The position numbers and the translations under genes are program-made. Of a DNA stretch of 64,000 nt, positions 21,675-30,785 are shown piece by piece. The stretch is from Patescibacteria group bacterium. Its GTDB lineage: Bacteria > Patescibacteriota > Minisyncoccia > Phycocordibacterales > SBAW01. Positions within the stretch are counted from its first letter, which is position 1, and the number at the start of each line of letters is the position of its first letter. The notes under the pieces are model-generated. The model saw only the letters and a program-made list of their open reading frames with translations. It did no database searches and was not told the origin of the DNA. The stretch is taken from the NCBI GenBank assembly GCA_040389385.1, contig JAZKAA010000003.1, positions 39,295 through 103,294 of the forward strand. Reading direction: 5' to 3'.

Positions 21675-21983
21675 ATGCACGAGCGCGACACAGAAACACT
21701 CCGCACGACCGCAGCCGAGTTTTTGGCTAGGGAGGCCGGCCGTGAGTCGCTTATAACCGTCACCCGCGCCGAGATGGGCGAAGACCGCAAGCACGGTGTC
21801 ATCTACATAACGGTATATCCCGACAGCGCCGAGGTGGGTGCTCTCAATTTTTGCAACCGCAACCGCGGCGAGTTTGGCAAATTTTTTGAAAAGCGCGTGC
21901 GCGGCATGAGGCTGCCGCACGTAGAGTTTGTCATAGACGAGGGCGAGAAGTACCGCCGCCGGTTAGACGAGCTCGGAAAATAA
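21675..21983 (+). CDS. rbfA: Ribosome-binding factor A
   Basis: ITVTRAE...LPHVEFVID; directly after infB. Confidence 0.88.
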   Translation: MHERDTETLRTTAAEFLAREAGRESLITVTRAEMGEDRKHGVIYITVYPDSAEVGALNFCNRNRGEFGKFFEKRVRGMRLPHVEFVIDEGEKYRRRLDELGK

Positions 21984-22001
21984 GGATAAAGTAAGGGCTC
22001 T

Positions 22002-22073
22002 GGCCACGTGGCGAAGAAGCAACGCGGCGGTCTGCAAAACCGCTATGCGAGGGTGCGAATCCCTCCGTGGCCT
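22002..22073 (+). tRNA. tRNA-Cys(GCA)
   Basis: Cloverleaf, CT-GCA-AA loop, U73; non-canonical T-loop TGCGAAT. Confidence 0.88.
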
Positions 22074-22085
22074 CACGTTTAAAAT

Positions 22086-22175
22086 GCCGGGGTGATGGAA
22101 TTGGTAGACATACGGGACTTAAAATCCCGAGAGGAATTAAACACCCTCATGAGAGTTCGAGTCTCTCCCCCGGTA
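22086..22175 (+). tRNA. tRNA-Leu(TAA)
   Basis: Cloverleaf, CT-TAA-AA loop, long variable arm. Confidence 0.93.
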
Positions 22176-22177
22176 CT

Positions 22178-23047
22178 ATGTATCCCTACGGCCCATGGAT
22201 CGAGCAGTTGCCGAGCGGCTATGTGCCCCGCCAACAATGGCCCGAGTATGACATTACGACCACGCTGCTCCCCAGAGCTCACCCCCGCTACGTGGGCTCA
22301 GGCACGCGTTGGGGTATGTGGCCCCTCTATTTTGAAGAGTATGTACAACAAGCCGAGCCTGTACTGTCTCCCCAACGCAAAGACCCTGCACGCATAGTTA
22401 TATGGCAACGCGTCGTCCCTCTCGGTAGATGTATCGGTTGGACGCAATTTTCTTTTAAGCCTGCAAAGCTTGAGGGATTTTCCATGCTCGAGCCAGGAAT
22501 GCCGTACGAAAAAACGTGGTCCGAATCGGCACGGCGGTATCTCAAAAAATGGCGCACGCAGTATGCAGGCACGCAGTATGTCATAGAGCCCATCACATAC
22601 GAGGAATTTGCAGAGACATACAAGGACGGTACCGTATATAAACACGCACAGGAGTATCAATTGAGGGTCGTTAAGGCTCTCCTCGGTTCTCCCAAAAGCC
22701 GGCAACACACAACACTGTGGGGAGCGCGGCGTCTTGATATAGGCAAGATAGATGCGACGCTTGTTGTAGTGTCTTCTCCCTCTACCCACTCTTCGTATTA
22801 TCAAGCGGCGTGTATCCGCCGGAATATCGCCGACGCCCCTCTTATGATTGGGCTTATGGACCATTGGCACGCCTACGCAGTTACAAACGGAATCAAGTTT
22901 CTGCACTTTGGCGGATTTTGGAAACCCGGCGACCCAAAGCAATGGAAAGGGTTTTCTCTATTTAAGTCCAAATTTAATCCTCAGTACATCGCCTATCCCC
23001 CGGCGCTATTCCGTTTCGCTAAAGGCACTATACTGAGACGTACATGA
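22178..23047 (+). CDS. FemAB/GNAT-like hypothetical protein
   Basis: C-terminal LHFGG...GFSLFKSKF resembles the Fem-family end motif; WSESARRYLKK segment. Confidence 0.6.
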   Translation: MYPYGPWIEQLPSGYVPRQQWPEYDITTTLLPRAHPRYVGSGTRWGMWPLYFEEYVQQAEPVLSPQRKDPARIVIWQRVVPLGRCIGWTQFSFKPAKLEGFSMLEPGMPYEKTWSESARRYLKKWRTQYAGTQYVIEPITYEEFAETYKDGTVYKHAQEYQLRVVKALLGSPKSRQHTTLWGARRLDIGKIDATLVVVSSPSTHSSYYQAACIRRNIADAPLMIGLMDHWHAYAVTNGIKFLHFGGFWKPGDPKQWKGFSLFKSKFNPQYIAYPPALFRFAKGTILRRT

Positions 23048-24483
23048 GTTGGCTGACCCGAAAAGACGTTGTCCCCTCGCCAAAAAACGGCGAAATAATT
23101 ACCCGCCGAAGAGGTAGAGCTCAAGAAGTGTTTGTAAAAGGCTGCGGCCAGACCACCGACTATACCAACGCCATGTGGACAGGGGCGTTTGAGCGCCTTG
23201 CTGTTCGTCCGGTACGCCCCGCAGTACTTATGCTAGGCCTTGGCGGTGGCGGCGGTGTCTCCCTTCTGTACGAATATTTTCCCGGCTGCACCATTACAGC
23301 GGTGGAGTACGATCCGGTAATGATAAAACTGGCGCGGGAAGCTCTTACACAACAGGCTGTCACCCTTCCAACGATAATGGAGATGGATGCCGCATTAGTA
23401 TTTAGCCACATTGCAGAAAAGTTTGACGTCATTATTGTGGACCTCTTTGACGGACCGGAACCGTCCTTACTGTCTAAAGATACGACATACCTCCGGGCGC
23501 TGCAGGCACACCTAAACCCTTCTGGTGTCGTACTACTCAATGTATACAAAAATAAAGAATACCTAGAAGCGGCTTCAGGGATCTTTGGATGGTCTGACGT
23601 ATGGACCTACAAAGAGAATCATCTCGGCGCTTTCCGCACTACTGCTGTTGGGTTTACTCCGCCCGATGCATGGAAGGAGTACGGCATGGTCGCTCTACCC
23701 GCGCCCTTATGTCGTCGCGAAAATGTTGAGGGAGGTACGCGGTGGTGTCTATGGCCGCTGTGCTTTGAGCTCTACACAAGCGATACCGAGCCCAACATTG
23801 CGTCCAACGCGCATGGCGCGCTTGCCTACAATCGCATTGTGCTGTGGAAACGGGTTGCCCGCACGGACGTGCCTGCCGGATGGCATGCACCTATGCGGCC
23901 GCGACCGTGGCGCACAGACGGTTTTTTTGAATTACAATCCGGCGTCGATTACACCGAGCTATGGCATAAGAAAGCTCGTCATGATGTGCGTAGGTGGCGC
24001 GAGGACGCCGCCGCAGGGAAATACCGTGTCGAACCGTTGTCATTTGGGCAGTTTGCCGAATCGTATAAAAAAAGTACGGCATACAAAAAAGCCGGGTCTC
24101 ATTTACTCGAGATATTTGAACGCAAGTGGGCGCTGCCGGAGACGCGCGCACAACTCGTGTTGTGGGGCGTACGCGATGTTGTAGCAAACAAAATAATTGC
24201 AGGGATGGCTGTACATTATCCGCCGAGCCAGAGTGCCTCTGTGCGTGAGTGCCCCTTTATGCTCAAAGAGGCCACGTCATCGCATGCAATGACCGGAGTT
24301 ATGGATTATTGGTTTGCCGAGTCACAGCGACGCGGAGTTATGTATCAGGTGTTTACCTATTTTTGGCAACGCGGAGACTCTCGGCAGTGGAAAGGGTTCT
24401 CCGTCTTTAAGTCGCACTTTGTGCAGCAGTATGTCGTGTACCCTCCCCTCTTGTGGCGGTTTGTCCGCGACAAATTTTGGTAA
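23044..24483 (+). CDS. Fusion of a spermidine-synthase-like SAM-binding domain and a FemAB/GNAT-like domain
   Basis: VLMLGLGGG, VEYDP, FDVIIVDLF; C-terminal half is paralogous to the upstream ORF. Confidence 0.7.
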   Translation: MSWLTRKDVVPSPKNGEIITRRRGRAQEVFVKGCGQTTDYTNAMWTGAFERLAVRPVRPAVLMLGLGGGGGVSLLYEYFPGCTITAVEYDPVMIKLAREALTQQAVTLPTIMEMDAALVFSHIAEKFDVIIVDLFDGPEPSLLSKDTTYLRALQAHLNPSGVVLLNVYKNKEYLEAASGIFGWSDVWTYKENHLGAFRTTAVGFTPPDAWKEYGMVALPAPLCRRENVEGGTRWCLWPLCFELYTSDTEPNIASNAHGALAYNRIVLWKRVARTDVPAGWHAPMRPRPWRTDGFFELQSGVDYTELWHKKARHDVRRWREDAAAGKYRVEPLSFGQFAESYKKSTAYKKAGSHLLEIFERKWALPETRAQLVLWGVRDVVANKIIAGMAVHYPPSQSASVRECPFMLKEATSSHAMTGVMDYWFAESQRRGVMYQVFTYFWQRGDSRQWKGFSVFKSHFVQQYVVYPPLLWRFVRDKFW

Positions 24484-24515
24484 GAAGAGAGAAAGTGTGG
24501 TAAAAAAGAAGTCAC

Positions 24516-24588
24516 GCGCCCATAGCTCAGTTGGTAGAGCAACTCCCTCTTAAGGAGATGGTCGTAGGTTCGAATCCTACTGGGCGCA
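24516..24588 (+). tRNA. tRNA-Lys(CTT)
   Basis: Cloverleaf, CT-CTT-AA loop. Confidence 0.95.
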
Positions 24589-24776
24589 CAAAGCAGCTTC
24601 ACGCGATTTTAAGGTGCAACAGGATACAACTGGCGCTTAAAGCGTCGCATTTGTTTTATATATTTAATTACACATTTGTATGCCCTCTCACTCACGCATA
24701 CTTGTATGGCCCACCGTACTTCTTGCCGGTGCGGTCATCTTCTTGTCCTCGGCGATAGCCGTCTTTGCTTAACGGG

Positions 24777-24858
24777 TGCTGGAGAGAGGACTTGAACCTC
24801 CATCCCTTGCGGGACCTGCTCCTAAGGCAGGCGCGTATACCAATTCCGCCACTCCAGC
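24777..24858 (-). tRNA. tRNA-Leu(TAG)
   Basis: Cloverleaf, CT-TAG-GA loop, long variable arm. Confidence 0.95.
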
Positions 24859-24886
24859 GCTATAGCACGGGGCTATTTTAGCACGC

Positions 24887-24914
24887 TTGACAATATTGTA
24901 CAATATGATATAAT
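24887..24914 (+). promoter_or_regulatory. Sigma70 promoter TTGACA-16-TATAAT with a palindromic spacer
   Basis: Spacer contains ATATTGTACAATAT. Confidence 0.65.
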
Positions 24915-24966
24915 ACCCCCTAGGACACCCGTCCTTCTCATTCAACTCAAACCGAAGGGGGCCAAA

Positions 24967-25401
24967 ATGACTCAACTGCCAAGGACGGTAAAGAAGACAG
25001 ACCGCCATACGGCGCGCTGGGCGACGCTGTTGCTCATCGTGTTTATGTTGGGGGTTCAGTACGCACCCGAGTCAATTCTGCTCTTGATAAGAATCAAAGA
25101 GTGGTTGCCGGACGTGCTTCTTCTTTACATGACGATCGAAATCTACGAGACATCACAACAAAGCTGGACCAAAATCACGGAATTCTTCTGGGACAACGGC
25201 TTGTCCTTCGCCGGCATGATCGTCGGCATCGTGATATTTGTCCTGCTGTTTGCCCGCCCGGGATATACGCTCAGCTACGAGCATATCCTGATCGAGCGTT
25301 GGTGCACACTCGCGTGCGCGTTCGACTTCTTTCTCGGTCTCGCAATCGTGTTCAGAATCACGTCTGCAGCCCGGGAGCGTGAAGAATTTCCCGCCCATTA
25401 A
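24967..25401 (+). CDS. Membrane hypothetical protein (accessory)
   Basis: Several TM segments, G-rich SD. Confidence 0.65.
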   Translation: MTQLPRTVKKTDRHTARWATLLLIVFMLGVQYAPESILLLIRIKEWLPDVLLLYMTIEIYETSQQSWTKITEFFWDNGLSFAGMIVGIVIFVLLFARPGYTLSYEHILIERWCTLACAFDFFLGLAIVFRITSAAREREEFPAH

Positions 25402-25418
25402 GACAACAGGAGACATCT

Positions 25419-25982
25419 ATGCGTGGTTTGTTTCGAATCCTCCTCGGGTTGGGAGCACTCGCTCTCTTCATCGGTGGAATCTACGGCGGTATCTGGTTCA
25501 AGGGTGCCCCGGCTGAACAACCGCCGCCCGAAAAGGTGGTGGAGAAAAAAGTCGACCCTGCCAAGCCGGCAGACGGCGGCACGTGCGAGGAGCGCGGGTT
25601 GCGCCTCGTTGCGTGCCGGACCGACGACATCCGCCGGGAGAAAGAGGCAAAGTCTGCTGCCAAGCCGGAGTCCAAAACCGACAGTAAGTGGCCTGCCTGG
25701 CTTCCGTCGCTGCCGGAGTACGAGCAGGGGGTGCCGAGCTACTGCGGCGGTACATACCCCAAGATCGTGCTCTATCGCGACCCTCAACAGATACCCGAGG
25801 GCTGCAAGAGCGCAACCATGCGGCCCACCGAGGGTGCCATTGAGTATCTCGACAAAGACCTCAACCCCTTGGTAAGAGAAAAGGCCAAGGGTCCCTCGGC
25901 CGGCAAGCTGCCCACCGCCTACTGGGTGCGCTCGGTCGGACCAAGGGCGGTTGCCATCGGCATCTTCCCGCCCAAGGACTAG
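25419..25982 (+). CDS. Membrane-anchored hypothetical protein (accessory)
   Basis: AGGAG SD, N-terminal TM, Pro/Lys-rich, Cys pairs. Confidence 0.65.
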   Translation: MRGLFRILLGLGALALFIGGIYGGIWFKGAPAEQPPPEKVVEKKVDPAKPADGGTCEERGLRLVACRTDDIRREKEAKSAAKPESKTDSKWPAWLPSLPEYEQGVPSYCGGTYPKIVLYRDPQQIPEGCKSATMRPTEGAIEYLDKDLNPLVREKAKGPSAGKLPTAYWVRSVGPRAVAIGIFPPKD

Positions 25983-26004
25983 ATCTTTGGTCTCAACAAA
26001 CAAT

Positions 26005-26040
26005 ACGGCGCGCTACGAAAGTAGCGCGCCGCTTTATTTC
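26005..26040 (+). terminator. Intrinsic terminator
   Basis: CGGCGCGCTAC-gaaa-GTAGCGCGCCG followed by a T-rich tail. Confidence 0.7.
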
Positions 26041-26083
26041 CCGACGCTCTGGTCGGGACCCCGACCGCTTTCGCGCGTCGGGG
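26040..26083. repeat. CCGACGC..GGTCGG..CCCCGACC..GCGTCGGGG nested hairpin repeat
   Basis: Close copy at 58727-58768. Confidence 0.75.
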
Positions 26084-26092
26084 TTTATTTTT

Positions 26093-26344
26093 TTAATGCA
26101 GCGAATTGACCGTATTTTGTATCAGCGTCAGTATCCCAAACGACGCGACCATAATAAACATGCCCACCACGCCCCATAGCATGTGCTGCTTGCCGGTGTT
26201 GCTCTCTTTGCCGCCCACGTTGGCTGCCCACAAAAATTGCACTAACCCCCAGATAAACACCACAAGCGCGATCCCAAAAATAAGCAGTATCGCGGGGTTG
26301 ATAAGCACTCTCGTCACGTTGTTGACGAGTGTCGTAACGTCCAT
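26093..26344 (-). CDS. Pilin-like small membrane protein (TrbC/VirB2-like, CPR type)
   Basis: Two TM helices, FIWG...GKQHMLWG. Confidence 0.75.
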   Translation of the reverse strand: MDVTTLVNNVTRVLINPAILLIFGIALVVFIWGLVQFLWAANVGGKESNTGKQHMLWGVVGMFIMVASFGILTLIQNTVNSLH

Positions 26345-26353
26345 ACAGTTAGC

Positions 26354-26632
26354 TTAGCGTTGTGGGACCTGCGGGATAGCCACCGGCGCCACCGAGACGC
26401 CGAGCGTGTTTTGCATCAAGCGGATGATACCCCAGACCGAGACCATCACAAAGAGTGCCAAAAGGCCTGCGATCATGATATGTCTACCGCTTGCGGCATC
26501 TTTGCCTGCACCTTTAACGTACTTAAAGAGACCCCAGAAAAAGATAATGACTGTAAGCGCAATGACTACCGGGATAAGCCGGTTGAGTGTGTCCCCTACA
26601 AAAGCAATGAGCTGCGGGATGTTGGATAGCAT
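26354..26632 (-). CDS. Pilin-like small membrane protein
   Basis: FFWG...GRHIMIAG...SVWGII. Confidence 0.75.
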   Translation of the reverse strand: MLSNIPQLIAFVGDTLNRLIPVVIALTVIIFFWGLFKYVKGAGKDAASGRHIMIAGLLALFVMVSVWGIIRLMQNTLGVSVAPVAIPQVPQR

Positions 26633-26700
26633 AAAAATCTATAAATGGTTATGTTAGTAAGTGTAGCATCCTCTAAACGGGCAAGGCCGGGCTCTGTGGA

Positions 26701-27033
26701 TTACGGCTGCCACTGTCCATAAGAGCTCGGACTGGTAAAGTTGGACGCCGTACCCGCATTTGGGGTCCCGCAATTTGACGCGAGCAAAGAGTCGCAGGCT
26801 ATACGCAGTATCCCCCAGATAGAAAAGAGGATAAACAGCGCCACGAGGCTCCAGACCATTGTTTTCCGGCGGCTTCCTGCACTTTTGCCTCCGGACGATT
26901 GGTATACATACTGAAACGCCCCCCACATAAACAAGAGCACCGCGGCTGCAGCCAGCACCCCCACCAGCTGATTGAGTATCCCCACAAGGTAGGCAATGAC
27001 CGAGGCAAACGTGGCAGTGGATGAGGTGACCAT
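26701..27033 (-). CDS. Pilin-like small membrane protein
   Basis: FMWG...MVWSLVALFILFSIWGIL. Confidence 0.7.
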   Translation of the reverse strand: MVTSSTATFASVIAYLVGILNQLVGVLAAAAVLLFMWGAFQYVYQSSGGKSAGSRRKTMVWSLVALFILFSIWGILRIACDSLLASNCGTPNAGTASNFTSPSSYGQWQP

Positions 27034-27447
27034 TTAGTTGCAGGTGAGAATATTGGCGCCGCCTATGGCGTTGATGGTGCCGGCTATAATCATCGCCAAG
27101 ACCCATGCGCCCACAAACAGCGCTATGCCTATAACGGTGTAATAAAAGTTGCGGCGCGCCGCCTGTAAGTCTTTTGGCTTGCCTTGCGCCAGGACAAACC
27201 TAAAGCCCGACCAAATAATAAACAGTACCGCCACAGGGATCCCGACAGCGACAGCGCCCTCGAGGATCTTTTTGAGCAGGCCGCAGACGCTGGTTACCTG
27301 GAGCGGATTGTTGACCGAGTAGGAGCCGTTAGAGGGTGTCGGTTGAGGTGTATCAAATGTAGCGGCTCCCGCCAACAGCGGCGCAGAAATCAAAAACATA
27401 ACAACAAGCCCGATAATAAACCGCTGCCTATATAAAGCTAAAGCCAT
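27034..27447 (-). CDS. Pilin-like protein with signal peptide
   Basis: NNPL...IPVAVLFIIWSGFRFVLAQG...ARRNFYYTVIG. Confidence 0.75.
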   Translation of the reverse strand: MALALYRQRFIIGLVVMFLISAPLLAGAATFDTPQPTPSNGSYSVNNPLQVTSVCGLLKKILEGAVAVGIPVAVLFIIWSGFRFVLAQGKPKDLQAARRNFYYTVIGIALFVGAWVLAMIIAGTINAIGGANILTCN

Positions 27448-27455
27448 ATGCAAAA

Positions 27456-28760
27456 TTACTGTCCGCGGTTGGGCAAAAGCGCGTTAAATCCTTGTGCCGC
27501 CTCGCTCACCGCGCCCGCCGGGTCGTTGGCGCCCGATAGCACCGATTGTATCATGGAGGCAAACAGCTGGTCGGTCGTTACGGGGTCCGGGTCTACCCAG
27601 CCGTGCGCAAGCAAAGCTGATTGTAAAAACACGCTCGCCGCCGCGTTGGCGGAGGTGTCCGCCGCCACGTCACGCCGCCCGGAGGGCAAGCCGGTGGTAG
27701 TCATCCATGTCGTTGCGGCCGCAGGCGAGGTGAGCTTTTGCGCCACGGCGAGCGCTCCGTTGGGATTTTTAGCACTGCGCGGTATAGCAAGCCCGCTCAG
27801 TCTGCCAAACGTGCTCTGGCTGCTCGACCCCTTAAGCTGCGGCAGTACCGCCACACCCACCGAGAGGTTGGGGTTGCGTGCCAAGAGCGCGCGGTACTCG
27901 CTCGCAAACCCAAAGTATGTGGCCAAGTTGCCCGCGGCAAAGGCGTCTGTGGAGTTGGGCAGAGCCCTGTTCCAAGAGTAGGTGGCCTTGGTCGGATTGG
28001 CAAACTCGGTGTAAAAGCGCAATGCCGCGGCGGCCGGCGCCTCTGTCGCACCGTTGGGGACCGACCCAAAGGTCGATACAAGCGCGCCGCTCGCCGTGCG
28101 CCCCGTCAGCAACTCCCCCGCCTGGATAAACAGTGCCGAGAGTATCGCCTTGGCGTCCGTAATGTTGCCCCAGGTGCCAAGTGCTACGGCGCTGCGCGTA
28201 ACACCCTGCGAGCTGTCGAGTTTGCGCAGGATTGGCGATATGTTGAGCAGGTCGCTCCAGTATTGCGGCGGCGAGGCTTGGCCTGCGCTCACGTACAAAT
28301 CGCGGTTCCAGTACATCACCAGCGGGTCGACATCAAACGGCAACGCAAGCACCCCTTGCGGCGTCAAAAACAGCCGCCCCTCGTCTATATAATTGGCAAG
28401 AAACGTCGCCTGCGACACCGCGGCGTACGGCACGAGCGCCACCTTGTCGCCAAACTGGCCGATGTCCTCTTGCGACACGACAAACAGGTCGGGCGCGGTG
28501 CCGGCGGCCATGGCGTTGAGCAGGTCGGCGCTGTAGGTGGTCGCGCTTTTTTCTATATATGTGGTGTCACTGAGCGAGCTGTCGCTTTGCCGCAGACTAT
28601 CGAGCAGGTACTGCATCGTGGCCTGGTCCTCGGTGCCCCAGATAGTTACCGCGCCGACGCTTTGTCCGCCAAAGGCACCGCCAAATATCGCAAAAATGGC
28701 AACCCCCGCGATGAGGAAAAAGGCAAACAACCCTATGACAACCATTTGGAATCCCGACAT
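27456..28760 (-). CDS. Extracellular solute-binding protein (sugar-binding family)
   Basis: TM anchor, VTIWG, AGTAPDL, DPLVMYWNRDL. Confidence 0.82.
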   Translation of the reverse strand: MSGFQMVVIGLFAFFLIAGVAIFAIFGGAFGGQSVGAVTIWGTEDQATMQYLLDSLRQSDSSLSDTTYIEKSATTYSADLLNAMAAGTAPDLFVVSQEDIGQFGDKVALVPYAAVSQATFLANYIDEGRLFLTPQGVLALPFDVDPLVMYWNRDLYVSAGQASPPQYWSDLLNISPILRKLDSSQGVTRSAVALGTWGNITDAKAILSALFIQAGELLTGRTASGALVSTFGSVPNGATEAPAAAALRFYTEFANPTKATYSWNRALPNSTDAFAAGNLATYFGFASEYRALLARNPNLSVGVAVLPQLKGSSSQSTFGRLSGLAIPRSAKNPNGALAVAQKLTSPAAATTWMTTTGLPSGRRDVAADTSANAAASVFLQSALLAHGWVDPDPVTTDQLFASMIQSVLSGANDPAGAVSEAAQGFNALLPNRGQ

Positions 28761-28761
28761 G

Positions 28762-29319
28762 CTAGTGTTTGGTGCCCTGACTCTTCTTCTTTAGTATACA
28801 GCCCCAATGATAGGCGCCTGCGGGTAATGCATCTCCCGCCACAAAACCGTTTTGCTCAAAAACTTCGCGCGCTTGGTCTTGGGTAACCACGTGGTCCTCG
28901 CGGGGCCCGAGGCCACCAAACGTGCCCGCCCAGTCTACAAGTGCAACCTTGCCGCCCGGCTTAAGCACCCGGGCGGCCTCTCCCGCCACACAGCCCTTGC
29001 ACTCCATCGCAAAGAGCGTGTTGCAGATAAACACCATATCAAAATAGTTTTCCGGTAGGTGTGTGCCGCCCAGATGCGAGACATCGCCCTGCATCACCTC
29101 GATATTTTTGAGCCCTTCGCCTTGCGCGACATTTTTTATCCGCGGCAGCAGGTCGCGATTTTGGTCCACAGCCCACACCACACCGCCGGGGCCTACCGCG
29201 CGGCCCAACGCGCGCGCGACAAAGCCCGAGCCGGCGCCAAAGTCGGCGACCTTCATCCCCTCATGCACCATCGCGGCGTGCACAAGCTTGGCAGGATTTA
29301 AAAAAGAGCTTTCAGCCAT
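28762..29319 (-). CDS. Class I SAM-dependent methyltransferase
   Basis: VADFGAGSG, RVLKPGG. Confidence 0.88.
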   Translation of the reverse strand: MAESSFLNPAKLVHAAMVHEGMKVADFGAGSGFVARALGRAVGPGGVVWAVDQNRDLLPRIKNVAQGEGLKNIEVMQGDVSHLGGTHLPENYFDMVFICNTLFAMECKGCVAGEAARVLKPGGKVALVDWAGTFGGLGPREDHVVTQDQAREVFEQNGFVAGDALPAGAYHWGCILKKKSQGTKH

Positions 29320-29355
29320 GCACTCATTGTAACGCAAAATAAAAAGACGCCCTTG

Positions 29356-29745
29356 TTAGAGCGTCCCGGTGTAGCCGACCAATTGGGCAAAGCGGATTTT
29401 GGCGTTCATCCAACCGCTAGTCAGTGGTGCGAAGAAACACTTGCGCGAGCCACCCCACTGACAGCGCCAGTAGGAATATTCTGCCCCCGGCCACGTCGGA
29501 GTCGCTTCCGAAAACGGCACCGTCTCCTTAATTGAGACAACGTAGTACCCAGCCGAGGTGATTTTGACATCTGCGTCGGTTAGCCCGAAGCAGTCCCGCT
29601 CGCCGCAACACAACTCGCCGGCCGCATTTTTGAAGCCCCCGCGCTGAATCCACTCCGCAGGCCCATGCGCGTGAGCCACCGACAGCGCAATCCACAAGCA
29701 CGCTCCCGCCACAAGCAAAGCCAAGCCGTAGCATATAGCTCGCAT
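29356..29745 (-). CDS. Exported Cys-rich hypothetical protein (accessory cassette)
   Basis: Signal peptide, CCGERDC, C-terminal CFFAP; GGAGG SD; terminator at the stop. Confidence 0.65.
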   Translation of the reverse strand: MRAICYGLALLVAGACLWIALSVAHAHGPAEWIQRGGFKNAAGELCCGERDCFGLTDADVKITSAGYYVVSIKETVPFSEATPTWPGAEYSYWRCQWGGSRKCFFAPLTSGWMNAKIRFAQLVGYTGTL

Positions 29746-29866
29746 AGCATCCTCCTGACGCTAGGGGTTGCCGGCATGGAGATAAACCGCTCCACTGTTC
29801 AGCCTATTTTCATATTGCCCCGCTGTCAAATGACAACAATAAAAAAGCTCCGCGCAGTGGCGGAAC

Positions 29867-30484
29867 TTATTTCTGACAGTTTGGGGACTTAGCGATATCT
29901 TTGGGGATAGTGAGAGAATTCTCTTTCTCCAGAAAACTCATCACCTGCCACTTGTCGGGTATCAACACCTCCGCGACGCCACTATGGAGACGCTCCGGCT
30001 GCTGGTTGGCGGCGCGCACTTTGGAGATATTGAGCTGTACCTTGCTGAGCACAGGTCGGCCGGGGGCCAGAAACGTTTTGAGTACCCGCTGACACGGCTC
30101 CAGACTAATGGCGGTGGCCCCCATCTGAGCAAAGGCTGACTCGCCAAACTCTCTGGCGTACAACGCCTGCACAGAGACCTTGAGGGGGTGTGGGCTGTCG
30201 TTGTCGACAATGATCCCCAAGCGATAGACATCGTGTATGTCCACCCCCTCGTTCTTGAGGTCGCTTTGCCACTTGTCGGCGGCAAGTCCCGCAGAGCGCA
30301 GCAGACTCACAAACTCAATCGGGATTTTGGTGCAAAAGCGGGAGATTACGACGCGAGACTCCTTGTCGCGCTGGAGCCCGATGTCGAGCGGGGCCAGCCT
30401 ATCGGCACCGCAGTAGTCGCGGCCCTCGGCAGCAGCCGGGGCAACAAACAGGCAAAGCATCAGCAACAGGGCGCCGAGGCGCAT
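29867..30484 (-). CDS. Exported hypothetical protein (accessory cassette)
   Basis: Signal peptide, AGGAG SD, terminator at the stop. Confidence 0.65.
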   Translation of the reverse strand: MRLGALLLMLCLFVAPAAAEGRDYCGADRLAPLDIGLQRDKESRVVISRFCTKIPIEFVSLLRSAGLAADKWQSDLKNEGVDIHDVYRLGIIVDNDSPHPLKVSVQALYAREFGESAFAQMGATAISLEPCQRVLKTFLAPGRPVLSKVQLNISKVRAANQQPERLHSGVAEVLIPDKWQVMSFLEKENSLTIPKDIAKSPNCQK

Positions 30485-30548
30485 CGGTAGCTCCTATACA
30501 AGAGGCAGATTCGTCCGCCGCTACCGTATCACAAAAAAGAGTTGTGGC

Positions 30549-30701
30549 CTACTGGTTAGTGGCCACCTGGCCCCGGTCGGCCGAGGCGTGTTTTTGAGTT
30601 TCTAAAAGAGTGACGCCCCAAAGCGAGTAGAGAGCAATAACGGTCAGCGCCAAGGCCACCGTCCCGACCAACCCGATGTTTTTCTCTACTCGCGCGCGCA
30701 T
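30549..30701 (-). CDS. Small membrane peptide (50 aa)
   Basis: Manual translation MRARVEKNIGLVGTVALALTVIALYSLWGVTLL... Confidence 0.45.
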   Translation of the reverse strand: MRARVEKNIGLVGTVALALTVIALYSLWGVTLLETQKHASADRGQVATNQ

Positions 30702-30785
30702 ACTACTATATACGCACAGCGAGCGTGATTCTTACATGAATTTTTGCCGGAAATAAAAAATCTCCGCACCAACTGTGGGCGGAGA

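Noticed and set aside
22067-22177. N-terminal extension of ORF 22067-23047
   Set aside because: Overlaps tRNA-Leu; the likely start is the ATG at 22178
27738-28886. 382-aa plus-strand ORF
   Set aside because: GC-rich antisense shadow of the solute-binding protein
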